In this document: positions 51,483 to 64,000 of the stretch, in pieces
How positions within the stretch are numbered: the first letter of the stretch is position 1
Layout: each line of letters opens with the position of its first letter
Source of the DNA: Octopus vulgaris
Lineage: Eukaryota
Length of the DNA: 64,000 nt
Assembly (NCBI GenBank): GCA_951406725.2
Contig: OX597835.1
Coordinates: forward strand, 45,136,001 to 45,200,000
Direction of reading: 5' to 3'
Notes under the pieces: model-generated
Databases searched by the model: none
Seen by the model: the letters and a program-made list of their open reading frames with translations, nothing else
Told to the model about the DNA's origin: nothing
Program-made: the position numbers and the translations under genes

Positions 51483-52355
51483 TTGGGTTGGCAAGAATGT
51501 AATTTTATTTTTTCGCAAATAGATAACGGTACGATTTTTCGAATGACTCTTGTGAATGTTATGATTTTTTCCTGTTGTCGTTGATAGCCGATACTTTTAG
51601 CCTACTTTAGAAGTAATTGCGCGTAATTTTGTTTACAGCTGTTACTTCAGTGTCAATTTTAACATGGAGTGCAAAAACGAATATTTTCACCATATTTTTC
51701 ATGTTGCATTTCTGTAAGGGCAAAGAAAGCTGCTGAGGCTCAGAAAAAGATATGCGAAATTTATGGTCGTGATTCCTTAACAGAACGCACATGTCAGAAA
51801 TGGTTTTTAAAATTCTTCCGGAGATTTTTCACTCAAAGATGACCAAAGTTCTGGTGGAACCACTGAAGTTGATAATGACCTAATCAAAGACGTAATTGAA
51901 TCTGATTGACATATAACTGTGCGAGGGATTGCGGAGAGGTTAAATATATCACACTCAATCATTGGAAACCACTTAAAATGCCTTGGACTCGTTGAGAAAC
52001 TCGATATTTGCGTGCCACATAAATTGGAAGAGATTCACTTAACTCAACGAATCAATATTTGTGATATGCATCCCAAACGCAATGAAATCGACCTTCACTG
52101 AAATAAGTCATCAGTGGTGATGCAAAATGGATTGCTCAAAATAGCATTAGTGGAAAATGATGATGGTCCAAGCGTGATGAACCAGCACAAACTGCATCAA
52201 AAACTGAGTTGCATCAAAAAAGGTCAAGCTGTCAATGTTGTGGGATTACAAATCTATTGAGTGCTTTGAGCTGTGTCTAAGGAACAAAACGGCCAATCCA
52301 GACGTTTACTGTCAACAACTAATGAAACTGGGGGAAGCAAACAAAGAAAAACACC
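51483..52355 (+). mobile_element. 3'-truncated decayed mariner
   Basis: TA|TTGGGTTGGCAAG TIR; MECKNEYFHHI; IAERLNISHSIIGNHLKCLG...ICVPHKL; VISGDAKW. Confidence 0.85.
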
Positions 52356-54809
52356 TGCACACACACACAGAAATATGTGAAGGGGAGTGATCAGCGGGGT
52401 GGGGGTGTCTGGTTTTGCGTTAACGATCGGTAGAATGGGGCCTGATGGTGCTTTGTTTTCTTGAACAAAAAGCATATGTATGCCGCAATGAGAAGAGTGA
52501 CAGAATCGTTGGCGCGTCGGCAGGAATGCTTTACAACATATTCTCCGGCTCTCTACATTCTGAGTTCAAATCCCATCTGAATGGAGATACCAACTGAAAT
52601 CCACTCCGAAAGTTCCAGTAGTCTGTTTAACATCGGCAGGGGAAGGGTAGGGGCCTTGCAGATCGAAGATGGGTGCTGGTGAAAGTGATATGCACAGGAA
52701 CTGCCAAAGTGCAGTTGACCGCGAGACTAGATATAGTCCTATTCACATAGATACATATATATGTACTTACACTCACATACACACATACACATACATACAC
52801 ACGCACATACACACACACACACATACATACCTGTATTCATTTTTCTTGATTTATATTCTGTGGCACACACTTATAAAAGCGTACGAAATGCAATAATGTC
52901 TCAACTCAGGCATAGTTTGATTATAATTCAGGAGAATCAGTGCATATGATTTGTTCGAATGATTCTTCCTTTGATGTTTATTTTTCTGAAATGTCATGAT
53001 TTTACCGTACGACTCTTGAAATATCCACTCGAAAAGTCTTAAATACTGTCGTTTGGCAACAGAAATTCGATCCTAAACTTTACACACGTTTTGTACAAAC
53101 AGGTAATTCATTAAGAATCACGCTGCAAACACACTTAACTCAGAGCGGACCCAAGACATTACAGGTATGTTTTTGAAATCAGGCTTAAACAGCAATATGC
53201 TAAAAGTTGTATTTCTAATTAGAAATTTGAGAGGTCACTGTCTTTTGATGAGTGGAGTAGTCAAGAAAAGGTAACTCATGTCAAGGCAATCTCCCTTATT
53301 TTCTGTGTAGTAACAAAGACCTATATTTCATAGCCATATATGTCATTTTAATATAATTTTAGTGAGTATCACTGCACCAGTACAAATATAAGCATGAGAA
53401 CGCAGAACAAACATGAAACGATCGTAAACTCTTTTGTATGTCGTATTTTCTGTGTCGTACTTTTACTTTTGTGTATATATTTTTATAACAATAAAAGAAT
53501 GTGATCAATCAGTGGTCTTCTGCCTGAACCCCTTTATAAAGTGTTTGTTCTGCGCATTTCCTTAGAACCATGAAAAAGATGCTCGCGCAAACAATAATAT
53601 CGCTTAAACTAGATTTCATGTGAATATACGTATTGAATAACACTGACAATCTCTACTCCTAAGACTCTATATATTCCTCACCACAGCAGATGCATAAAAC
53701 AAAAGTGAAATTCAAAGTATATATAAAAAAAATACGAGTAAATAAATGGATATTCAATCGTATTTGTGGCTCTATTTGTAGATATATTATCGTATGGAAA
53801 CGAATTATGCACAACAAATAGACCGCCTATCAGACCCTATAACCAATGATGCAATTGTTCAGAAATGCATACAATCAACAAAGCGAAATTTAAAACCAGC
53901 AGGCCATACATAAAATATATCGCTTTAAGCAAAGATGCCGAAGTTATTGAAGAGAGGAAGACATATCGTAATACTTATAAAACTGATGAAGAGAGAATAA
54001 GGCTCCTACGTGGCCACTGAATTTGTACGACACACATATCACTCAAAACTAATATTCTACTATATTAGAAAGCAGAGAAGAGTATTGGACAATGCGTACA
54101 AAATCCAGGTTATTAATTGTTGAAATATTTTTGATCGTCTGATTGTTGGATCAATGTTGATACGCAGTTTAATAATAAACACTAATAAACACAAACATGC
54201 CTCAACAGAGTCCCTGATTACTTGAAATAAGAGCTAAAAGTTTCCCTGAAATCCTAAATACAATCTTACACAAAGAAATGTGACGGTAGATGCTATAGTC
54301 CAAATAGTCCATAGCAAATTCAACGGTTCATGGCCTAGTATTTTTCGTATGACATCAGATCTCTGGATCCCTCGCTCATCAATATATTTCTTCTGAAACG
54401 GACTCTGCAGCAGTCCTCACCAACCATTTCTGAATGTATGAAATAGCAGATATTCAAAGACAGAGATTGTGTGTGTGTATGTGTGTGTGTTTAAGAAGGT
54501 GTGAGGAACATGTAGTGTGAGTGAACAATCGACACTAGTACATGGCAGTTATTTTGATGTTATTGGCACTAGTATATGGCAGTTATTTTGCAAGGACAAA
54601 AAGAAATATGATCTTAAGGGGCGATAAACTCAATGTAAGGAACTTGATTCTTCCCTCTAATGACCCTCACAATTCTCGCACAACTGTTGTACGAAATATC
54701 CCATAATTAACTTAAGGGTGTTATTGCTTACAGGGATGGATAATTAGTGTTGTCCTTGTCACAAGACAGCCCCACGATGTTGCTTTCTATTTCAGGCACC
54801 AGAATATGT

Positions 54810-55400
54810 TGTGGAGCGAGCAGAATCGGTAGAGCGTCGAGGAAAAAATTCTTAACTCTTACCTTCCTCTTTTCTACGTTCAAATTCTGCTGAGATCGGC
54901 TTTGTATATAATCCCATCGGATATCGATAAACTAAAAACGAGGTGAGCACTGGTGACTATCTAATTTATCCCCCTCAGAAAATTGGTAGGTGTTTTCTAA
55001 CATTTGAAACAATAAAGGCAGCGAACTGGCAGAATTGTTGGAGCGTCGGTAAAGATATCATCCATTATTTTTTTCCAAATCATTAAGGTCAAATTTCGAA
55101 TTCCGCTCAGATTAAATTTACATTTCGATGTTTCGGGACCGTACGACTGAAACAAGCCCCAGCCAATTTTTGCCAGTAGGTTGACGATACCGACTTGGTA
55201 TTGTCACTCCATGAAAATTGCTAATCTCATGCCAAAATGAGAATGTATTTAGGCATGGGTCTGGAAAATTTGATAGGATTATTTTATGGGCGGCAAATAT
55301 ATGTAAAGAGAAGATAACATCTCCGGAATTTGAACTCATAACCCGAAAAAAATCCTGGGTATGTATTTTGTCCGACAAAGCTTTGCAAATACTCACCGTT
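54810..55400. mobile_element. Cluster of old Meta-domain-like SINE remnants (two plus, one minus)
   Basis: GCAGAATCGGTAGAGCGTCG, GGCAGCGAACTGGCAGAATTG and GGAATTTGAACTC motifs. Confidence 0.6.
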
Positions 55401-56029
55401 ATTATTCACGGCACGGAAACACTATTAATTAATAATACGTTACGAGATGCAAATAAATAAAATAGACAATGTATTATCCTAGACAAACTACAAGGCTAGC
55501 AAGCATGTGGTCGATCCTAATATGTTTAACATAATTCTTTAACTTCTAAATAACCTATAAGTTTGTAAATCTCGTGAGAGAAAATGTCAAAAAGTCTGAG
55601 ATAATCTATTGCTAATAAACTTCTGTAATTCTCAGGAGCATCGCGCTGGAGTTAAAAGGATTGCTTTGGCAACCACATGGTCTCTCGTTGAGGCCATCAG
55701 TATGACATTTTCCACAAACATCCTTACTACAGCCCTCGGCCGAATACCATGTTCTTGAAATCTCCAAATCCGTGAACAGACATTGTTTGACATACAGTCG
55801 CATGTATGTGTATATTTACCTACACAGAAACACACATACACAACACGTATAGGTGGAATAAAAAAGTTCTGTAACGCGCCAACAGATGTCAGCACATAGT
55901 CGCCTTCGCAGTGAGAGCTAACGATGACATTTATCAGGCAGTGTCCTGAAGGTTATACTTCGCAAGTTGTGAAATTTGTGATTTTGTGATTCCATGTACT
56001 GTAGTCTGTGATTTTGTCATGGACATTGC

Positions 56030-56335
56030 GTCGAAATCTGTCAATCATGAAGTCGTGAGTTCGATTCCAAGACCGGGTTGTGTGTTGTTTTCTTGAGCAA
56101 GACACTTTATTTCACGTTGCTCTAGTTCACTCAGCTGTAGAAATGAGTTGTGACGTCACTGGAACCAAGCTTTTTCTTTCCCTTGGATAACGTCACTGGC
56201 TTGGAGAGGAGAGGCTGGTCAGCATGGGTGACTGCTGGTCTTCCATAAAAACTCCTTGCTCAAACTTATGACTGGCAGGGGAATTTTCTACATGCAATCC
56301 CATGGTCATTCATGACTGAATGGGGTCTTTACCAT
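56030..56335 (+). mobile_element. V/CORE-like SINE, diverged
   Basis: GAGTTCGATTCC...CTTGAGCAAGACACTTTATTTCACGTTGCT as in the 20252 copy, with a different tail. Confidence 0.75.
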
Positions 56336-57073
56336 ACATGAATAGACCAATGCTCTATGTTGCTTGAAAATGTGTTTTAGAAGACGATACCAAAGTAAAT
56401 TGAACATTAAATGTTAATGAAAATAACAATTATATACAAACATTACCCAATTAAAGAGAGTTGGCTAAAAAGTTGGCTGATTATCAAGGAGTAAAGCGAG
56501 AATAGTAAAATCTTGCATGCATTAATTTCATTTCGTATTATAAATAATTCATTGTTTCTTTCCAAGTAAACTGAGATTTCACTGTTCCAAGAAGGTTTAA
56601 AAAGTGTGTAGTAGTGCCTTCTCTTGAAAATAGTCAAAATTAGGCATCGTTATGTTACGAAGTACCACAGAAAAAAGATTAAACCCCAAAGACATTCGTG
56701 CTGGTATGACGCATCAGTTTATCAACAGTGCAAAAGTGGGCTGCTGAATTTTCCTAAAGGTCGAGGCAAAGATATTTGATTGAAGAAAGCTTCTATACAT
56801 AGAGAGAGATTATATGAATAAAAATGTGCACGTTGCGAGTCTATACCTTTGGCGCGTCAGATAGTTGTGCATGATACACTTGTAGTCTGGTCGATAAGTA
56901 TCCGGACTGTTGTCATAGTAACGAAGCTAAAGCACGCAGAGTGAAGCCGCTTGGCACAGATCGACCTTGAACTCTGCTGTGCATGCGCACTAAGTTTTAA
57001 CTTTCTAGCTCTCATTCGCTGTATGTGCGTATGTACGTATGTATGTATGTATGTATGTATGTATGTATGTATC

Positions 57074-57139
<66 letters not shown>

Positions 57140-57187
57140 ATTCTCACACAAACACACGTATATTCATATATGTGTGTATATATGTTT

Positions 57188-57530
57188 GGTGGTGCAATGG
57201 TTAGGGTAGCGGACTCTCGGCCGTAGGATAGCGATTTCGATTCCCAGACTGGGCATTGTGAATGTTTATTGAGCGCAAACGCCTAAAGCACACTGGCGGG
57301 GGTTGGTGGTGAACCCTGCTGTACTCTCTCGCCAAATCTTTCTCTCACTCTTTCTTCCTGTTTTTGTTGTATTTGTATTTCAAAGGGCCAGCAGTGTCAC
57401 ACTCTGTGTCATGCTGAATCTCCTCGAGAACTACGTTGAGGGTCCATGTGTCTGTGGAGTGCTCAGCCACTTGGACGTTAATTTCACGACCAGGAACCCT
57501 CTTCATCGTAATCGTCGGAATATCACGGTA
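57188..57530 (+). mobile_element. GGAGGCGCAATGG-head SINE with the tail of the 20252 family
   Basis: TTGTATTTCAAAGGG...GAGAACTACGTT...GCTCAGCCAC...GTTAATTTCACGA shared with 20400-20520. Confidence 0.75.
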
Positions 57531-57869
57531 TATATGTGATGGCCTCACCCATTGAAGACGACGTATGAGCATGCAGTTTTTCGCGAAACGACCTGCACAA
57601 ATGATTTTGCTTATAATGTCTAAATGTATTCTTTGTACATTAGCTCCCTCCCTCCAGGAAATCGACGTCACCTGAAAAGGCATTCGGTCCACAATGCATC
57701 CGGTGTCGAAGTGATTACGGAGCGATGTCGAATTAAGTATCTTGCCCAAGAACAGAACACACCACGGTTCTAGGAATTGAAACCACGATCTTTTGAGCAA
57801 CACACTGATCACTGGGTCAAGCGCCTTCACTATATATATATATATATGTGACCCCGTCTGTATCACTAG

Positions 57870-58048
57870 CGATTTTTTTCCTCTGTCTTCCCTTCTCGGG
57901 ATCTTTCCTTCTCCTATGTTTCCGACGAAGAGCTCCGCTCGAAACGTTAAACCCTCCTTCTTCCCTTCTTTCCTGAGCGTCCAATAATACTTTATTTGTT
58001 CCACGTCCTCACGTTGTTGTTTTTTTGTTTTTGTTTTCTTGTTTGGAT

Positions 58049-58052
<4 letters not shown>
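57870..58052 (+). mobile_element. Penelope-like terminal repeat with hammerhead-like core
   Basis: Same family as 30471-30638; core at 57918-57952. Confidence 0.6.
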
Positions 58053-58094
<42 letters not shown>

Positions 58095-58098
<4 letters not shown>

Positions 58099-58382
58099 AG
58101 GGCTGATGGGCTGGTTAATAAGTATTAACAAAGCTACAGCACGCAGAGTGAAGCCGCTTGGCACAGATTGACCTTGAGCTCTGCTGTGCATGCGCAATAT
58201 GTCACTTCTGCTGTTTGCAGAAGTGCTTGGAAGGAAGGTGTGTAGCGAGTGATCGTCGCATTCACCATGACAAAGAAAGTTGAGCAGAAAATCAGCTTTA
58301 ACTTTTGCCAAAAGCAGCTTTACTCACCGTGCTTTAGCTTCGTTACTATGGTAACGATCCGGATATATATTGATCAGACCTA
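58095..58382 (+). mobile_element. Internally deleted mariner (MITE); a partial copy lies at 56885-57010
   Basis: Transposase start MTKKVEQKISFNFCQK. Right end GTGCTTTAGCTTCGTTACTATG...CCGGATA...GATCAGACC is the inverse of the left end seen at 56885. Confidence 0.75.
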
Positions 58383-58660
58383 ATACATATACATATACAC
58401 ACATAAAAATACAAAACATAAACAATATCATTCAGTCTACTATTATGAATCCATAAACACACAGATAAAACAACTGAGGGAATATTTTTCCATCTGAAAA
58501 TATTAAGCTTAAGATACATAAATTTAATTTTGGATTAATTCATTGATATTAATCGAAACAGCTGTAAGACATAAGGATTGATTTGTTGTTGATGATAAAC
58601 GTTTATTAATTTCACTATCTCCATTTTCAGTTTCTTCCTTTATATGAATGTAAACGACAT

Positions 58661-58711
<51 letters not shown>

Positions 58712-60291
58712 CTATTATTTTAAGGAAATCAACCGCTCCCCACAAAAAATGTTAGGTATTGAACGAGTGTTTCCTTGGGTGACACCATCCCTTTATGAGG
58801 CTAAAATAACTTCTAATCTCTCTGTTGAATAATCGCTGTTTATCTATTATAAACAAGTTATTTATTTCCAGCATGGAGTATATACAAAGAGATTTTAATT
58901 AATCAATTAGCGACTGAATATTTTATGTACGACGCAAAATATTGCCTGGTTTGAGCTTCAACGTTTTTAATTCCATAGGATTATCACATGAGCCTCCAAG
59001 CATCCAGACAATACAGTAGGAATAATCCTGTTTCATTGGTAATTGGCATGATTACATGCCTGAATTTCAAAGAAAATGTTACAAGATACATAGAATGGCT
59101 CTTTTAATGTATTCCCCTGTTTTGGTGCAATTAGTACGAAGTCCTTGAAATTTCAAGTACGTAGAAATGATTTATAGCCCCATTTCATTCGTTTTAAAAA
59201 CATTCAGCATGACACTAACTGAGGTAGTTAAGCTCTTTATGAAGAGTGACATTTCTTCAGACTGTTATATAGAAATTGTAATGTCGTACTTTCCTTACGT
59301 GTCCAGTTTCTACGACATAATATTTCCAAAGAACGACATTTTGCTTCCAGTCGCATGTAATGTGTAGGTTGTGCTAATGGAGATAAGGAGTAAGAAGTGA
59401 GCAGCTATGTGTGTTGCACAATCTTCTAAAAATAGTAGCAGACTATTTTTGAACCTAAACTGACTCTCAGAGACAGCAGCACGTTTATAAAAAGGCATCA
59501 TCATCATGATTTGAATATATTCGTTTATAAAAAGAACATCTCAATTACAATAGACCTGTGGTTAAATTGCCTCGACAACCATCGTCACAAAAGCCAGAAT
59601 ATTATGTCATGTGTATATATCAAATTGACTGTCTATCTTAACATCTTAGAGGGAGAAATGGTGCGAGAATAGGAAATTGGTCGTTAATATGTCGTGAAAG
59701 CTGTCTTTTTTGACAGGAAAAGAAAAAAAAATATAAAATTGGCGGCCATTTTTAACGGACGGCGTATATGAACGGACGGCAGACGATTAACACGGCGAAG
59801 TTGATTGGCAGGAAATGTCTGCATACTATTTTAGTTCGAACATTTTCAGTTTGACCTCATGCTTCGACAGGAAGCAGTTGATAATATTGCGTCTTCGACG
59901 TTATGTGTGTTTTTTTCTCTTTCTCCTTTCTCTGTCTTTGTGTTCCACTATGAAAGAATTCTAAAATAATACATAACAACTAGCTTCATTAAAATTGTTA
60001 TTGTTACGTCTTTCAGATCTTCTCAATATGGTGTCACGAAATGTTCAGTTGAACTATAACCGATACATTAAACATTTGCACTACCCATGAGTTGAATTCT
60101 ATTTTACGTCGATCATGGATTAGACGTAAACACTACTAACTTACTCTCTATTTCTCTCTCTCTCTGTATATCTCTCTATATAATCTGTATGTATCCATAT
60201 CTATTTCTGTCTACCTACATATGTATGTTTGTGTATATGTTTATGCACTGACAGGTGTGTGTGTGTGTATGTATATCTATCTATCTATCTA

Positions 60292-60333
<42 letters not shown>

Positions 60334-60342
60334 CATACTCAT

Positions 60343-60382
<40 letters not shown>

Positions 60383-62099
60383 TCATATTTATATATATAT
60401 ATGTCTGTATATATAAGTATACATATATATGTCTGTATATATATTCATCTATCTATCTGTCTATACATATATGTATATATATTTATACATATATGTGACT
60501 ATATATAAATTTGCGTTTATGTACACACACAAACACAGCACATATACGTATGTATGTATGTATGTATGTATGTGTGTATGTGTGTATGTATGTATATATA
60601 TGTATGTATGTATGTATGTATGCATGTATGTATGTATGCATGTATCTATGTATGTATGTATGCATGTGTGTATGTATGTATATATGTATGTATGTAAGTA
60701 TGTATGAATTTATGTATGCACGTATGTACGTGTACGTTTGGTTTGAGAAACAGAAAAACAGAGATCTCGTGTTGACGTCATTCTCAGAACGTCCAACAAC
60801 GTATTAATTTCACTGACCGTAGCTATTAATAAGGACACTTGAAATTCTTGTCATGTGCTATCTTACAGCTGCATATTACACATATTAAAGTCTTTAATCA
60901 AATACACATTCGTTAGTGATATCTTGTCATAAAATGGCGTGTAATGTAGCGCGAATTGGTTTATCATGATATTCACATCTGTATTTGAGGGACAAAAGCG
61001 CTATCATCCTACGTCTGAAATTGTCGTCTTGTTCTTCTCTGTATGGATGTGAATGTGCGACTGTAAGTCTGTGAATTGTTTATGGAAATTGGAATGCTTC
61101 CATGTGTATCTGTGTCCGATTGTCTGAGTGTGTGTTTGTGTGTGTTTCTGTATCGACTTCGCTTGCGCCTGTGTTTCGCTTTTTATGCTTGTTTTAGATT
61201 TTTTCATATGTAGGAATAGATGCGTTTGAATATCATTAACCAAGGTATCGCTCTCACTACTTTTCTCTTTGAAACATTGCTTCGTTATTGTTGCTGCGAA
61301 TTTTATGGTATTTTATTTCGTTGTTGTTGCTGTTGCTATCGTTGATATTATTTGTTATGTTAGTTTCTTATTGATTTTATTTTGTTTTTGTCTACGTTTG
61401 TTGTCCCTGTTAATATAAACAGTTCTATGTAAATACAAACAGGGAAGTTATTGAAAACTATTCTTTTGATTTAGGAAATGGCTCCGTTTTCTTATCTTTC
61501 TCTCTTTTCTAGCTTTTGTTGAACAATAAAGAACAAAAACAAACGGAATGGAATTGTACTGCATTCCTGCCTTTGCTTTGACTAAGCACGCAGGAAGAGT
61601 TGCAGATACTGGATCGAACCTGTATTGTACATTCAAATTTCTGAGTGCCTACTTTTCGATGTAATGCAGACGTATTGTAAAGCAATGGTTTCTTCATAAT
61701 CACTAAGTTGCCAACCTCAACTGAATTACAATAGACTTTGAGGCTCGGATTGGACCATCCTAAGGAATATCGCTACACCGGATAAAATAACAGGAATTGC
61801 TACCTATATTTATTTAAGTATGTTGTTCTGTAAGGGAGATTTTGTTAGATCCAGTAGGTCAAGCAGTCACTTTGTGGGTCTTTAATTTACTTTCATTATC
61901 AGGTATTTCTTGTTTGCATTGATGGTGTTCTTGTTGCTCCGCAATGGATTATCATCAATGGCGCAGAGTATGATTGAAAATATGCCTGCAACGAACATTC
62001 GCCGTTACCAATCCAGGTTCATAGAAGGACATACTACATTGTCAAACGTGCCCTCGTCTAGAGATTTGGTAATTAATTGATTTAAACAAAACACACAAA

Positions 62100-62320
62100 T
62101 AATGAAATAATATTTTGGAACAAGTCCAGCAATTTTGATGGCGGTTGTAAGTCGCTTACATCGCCCCCAGTGCTCAACTGGTAATTGATTTATCAGCCGC
62201 GGAAGGATGAAAGGCAATGTCGACCTAGGTGGAATTTGAACTCAGAACGTCATGACGGACGAAGTGACGCTAAGCATTTTTACTCATCGTGCTATCCATT
62301 CTACCAACTGGCTGCCTCAT
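62100..62320 (-). mobile_element. Older Meta-domain-like SINE with non-Tx1 tail
   Basis: AAGGATGAAAGGCAATGTCGACC...GGAATTTGAACTCAGAACGT; tail AAAATTGCTGGACTTGTTCCAAAA. Confidence 0.8.
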
Positions 62321-63515
62321 AGAGGAAAATTATTAACGAATGAAACACATCAAAATTAAATGTAAAACTTAGAGCGAAATACTTCAGTCACTTCAAGCAA
62401 AACTAAAATGGAATCAATACTATAACACGTCCCGTAATAAGCTTTAGACCTAAGTTTTCAAATGACAGCAAGGACTACAAATTGGTACAAAACATTCAAG
62501 GACTCCATCTAAAACACATCGCTCACTCTCTTCGACTGAATTATAATATTTAATAGGATTCGAGGTAAATACGATTGTTTCGCTAGTCGAAAATTGTCAT
62601 AGAGTATCCACAATAAGAATAACAAATATATGCTATAAAAACATTATTTAAATATTCTACAAATACCTTTTCGCAAGATGAAAAGGGAAACACAACACGT
62701 TTTCTCTGAAGCTATGAAGGCAAAAACTGAAGTTACATTCATATTTGATGAAGACATAATTACATCATTATTAGACGAAAACTGAATATAATTTACGAAT
62801 GGGCATTGTAAGGTCTCTGGGTAGGTTAAAGCCTGATCAAGAATGTTGAACGATTAGATTGAATACAGCATTACAGGATGAAAGGCAAACGCAGCGGTGA
62901 CTGAGATACGCATGGCCTAAAAGCGGAAAGTGCAGTGGAGTGTTTGTCATGGCGACATTGTAATATAAACGACAAAAGCTTTCTCAGTAGAAACGAATAC
63001 AAAGTCTAAAGTAAAGGAACACAGAAAACTTAATCGAATACGTAAACAAGAACAGCAACTGAAACACTACTGACGCGTTAAAAACATACACATAAGCATA
63101 TTGTACAGAAGTAGCAGCCAATAATGCGAAATATAACAGAAGTCAGAAAACAGAGCTTTCGAGAAGATAACTAGATTCAAACTCTCTGTGTATTTCACAC
63201 AACAAGCAGACGAAGCACTGCAGCAACGCCAGAAGCAGCTGCAACTAGCAAACCTCTCAACAAAGAAGAGCGGATGTAATATATAGAAAGATCAAGCCAA
63301 AAGCTTACAGGAAAATACTGTACAAAACAGAGGCAAACTTTGAAGAACGAAACGATATTTCACTGGTTTGAAGTAATGCCAACAATGGTGACATCAACAA
63401 TGGAGATGGAGATGATATATATAACATGATTATATTGTTTCCGATCTATTCGATGGACTTGTTATATAAATTCATACATAAATACGTGCATTTAATGTAT
63501 ATATATATGTTTATT

Positions 63516-63576
<61 letters not shown>

Positions 63577-63579
<3 letters not shown>

Positions 63580-63815
63580 GGAGTAAACACATAAATGCGA
63601 AACAAGGTGGAAAAAAGAGTACTCAAATACCAGTGGTAGAGTAATATGCTTTATTTAAAGCAGCAGAAAATTCAACAAATTCTGTTACTCTGAGTTTCTC
63701 GTTGCTGTTCATCAGACAGTTTTTGCTATAATTATAGCAAAAACTGTCTGATGAACGGCAACGAGAAACTCAGAGTAACAGATTTTGTTGAATTTTCTGC
63801 TGCTTTAAATAAAGT
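63577..63815. mobile_element. Penelope-type inverted terminal repeat, 166-bp palindrome
   Basis: Arms span 63649-63814, centred on TATAATTATA. Confidence 0.8.
63744..63781 (+). ncRNA. Minimal type I hammerhead ribozyme-like motif (mirror copy on minus strand, 63682-63719)
   Basis: CTGT-CTGATGA-ACGGCAACGA-GAAA-CTCAGAG-TA-ACAG: stem I CTGT/ACAG, GCAA-capped stem II with a mismatched base, palindromic stem III, GUA triplet. Confidence 0.6.
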
Positions 63816-64000
63816 ATATATATATATATAATATCAACAATTGAGGGTAAAATTAATTAATTAATCAATTTCACCAAGTGTTCAGTATGTAAAAGGACCA
63901 TTTAAGGCGAATTCAAAATTTTACATTATATAATTAGGGCTTAGTAAAATAAATTACTTTGCCACATACTGAACTTAGTAGAAATAGCAGCCAAAAAAAA

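Noticed and set aside
58900-59510. Helitron PIF1 helicase relic
   Set aside because: Only a vague resemblance; no intact Walker A motif could be read.
62750-63430. LINE ORF2 relic
   Set aside because: A-rich, coding-like composition but no diagnostic motif was recovered.

Overview
This is AT-rich, microsatellite-dense eukaryotic DNA, not prokaryotic. The SINE, LINE and mariner repertoire suggests a cephalopod such as Octopus (inference). Almost all ORFs in the track are microsatellite artefacts, and no intact host gene is recognisable; only a few candidate micro-exons are seen. The window holds decayed mariners, non-autonomous Helitrons, R4/Dong, RTE and Penelope-like fragments (several with hammerhead-ribozyme-like cores) and at least four tRNA-derived SINE families. 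The main structure is a nest at 8915-17133 on the minus strand. A putative Helitron shell contains a relic Tx1-type ORF1. Two different relatives have inserted in tandem into that ORF1 at essentially the same nucleotide, leaving three copies of the target TTTCCTCCATGT. One is a full-length Tx1/L1-clade LINE (ORF1 plus APE-RT ORF2); the other is an ORF1-only element. Both share a ~47-nt 3' tail that also ends one of the SINE families, and that SINE repeatedly stacks into sister copies at one fixed position.
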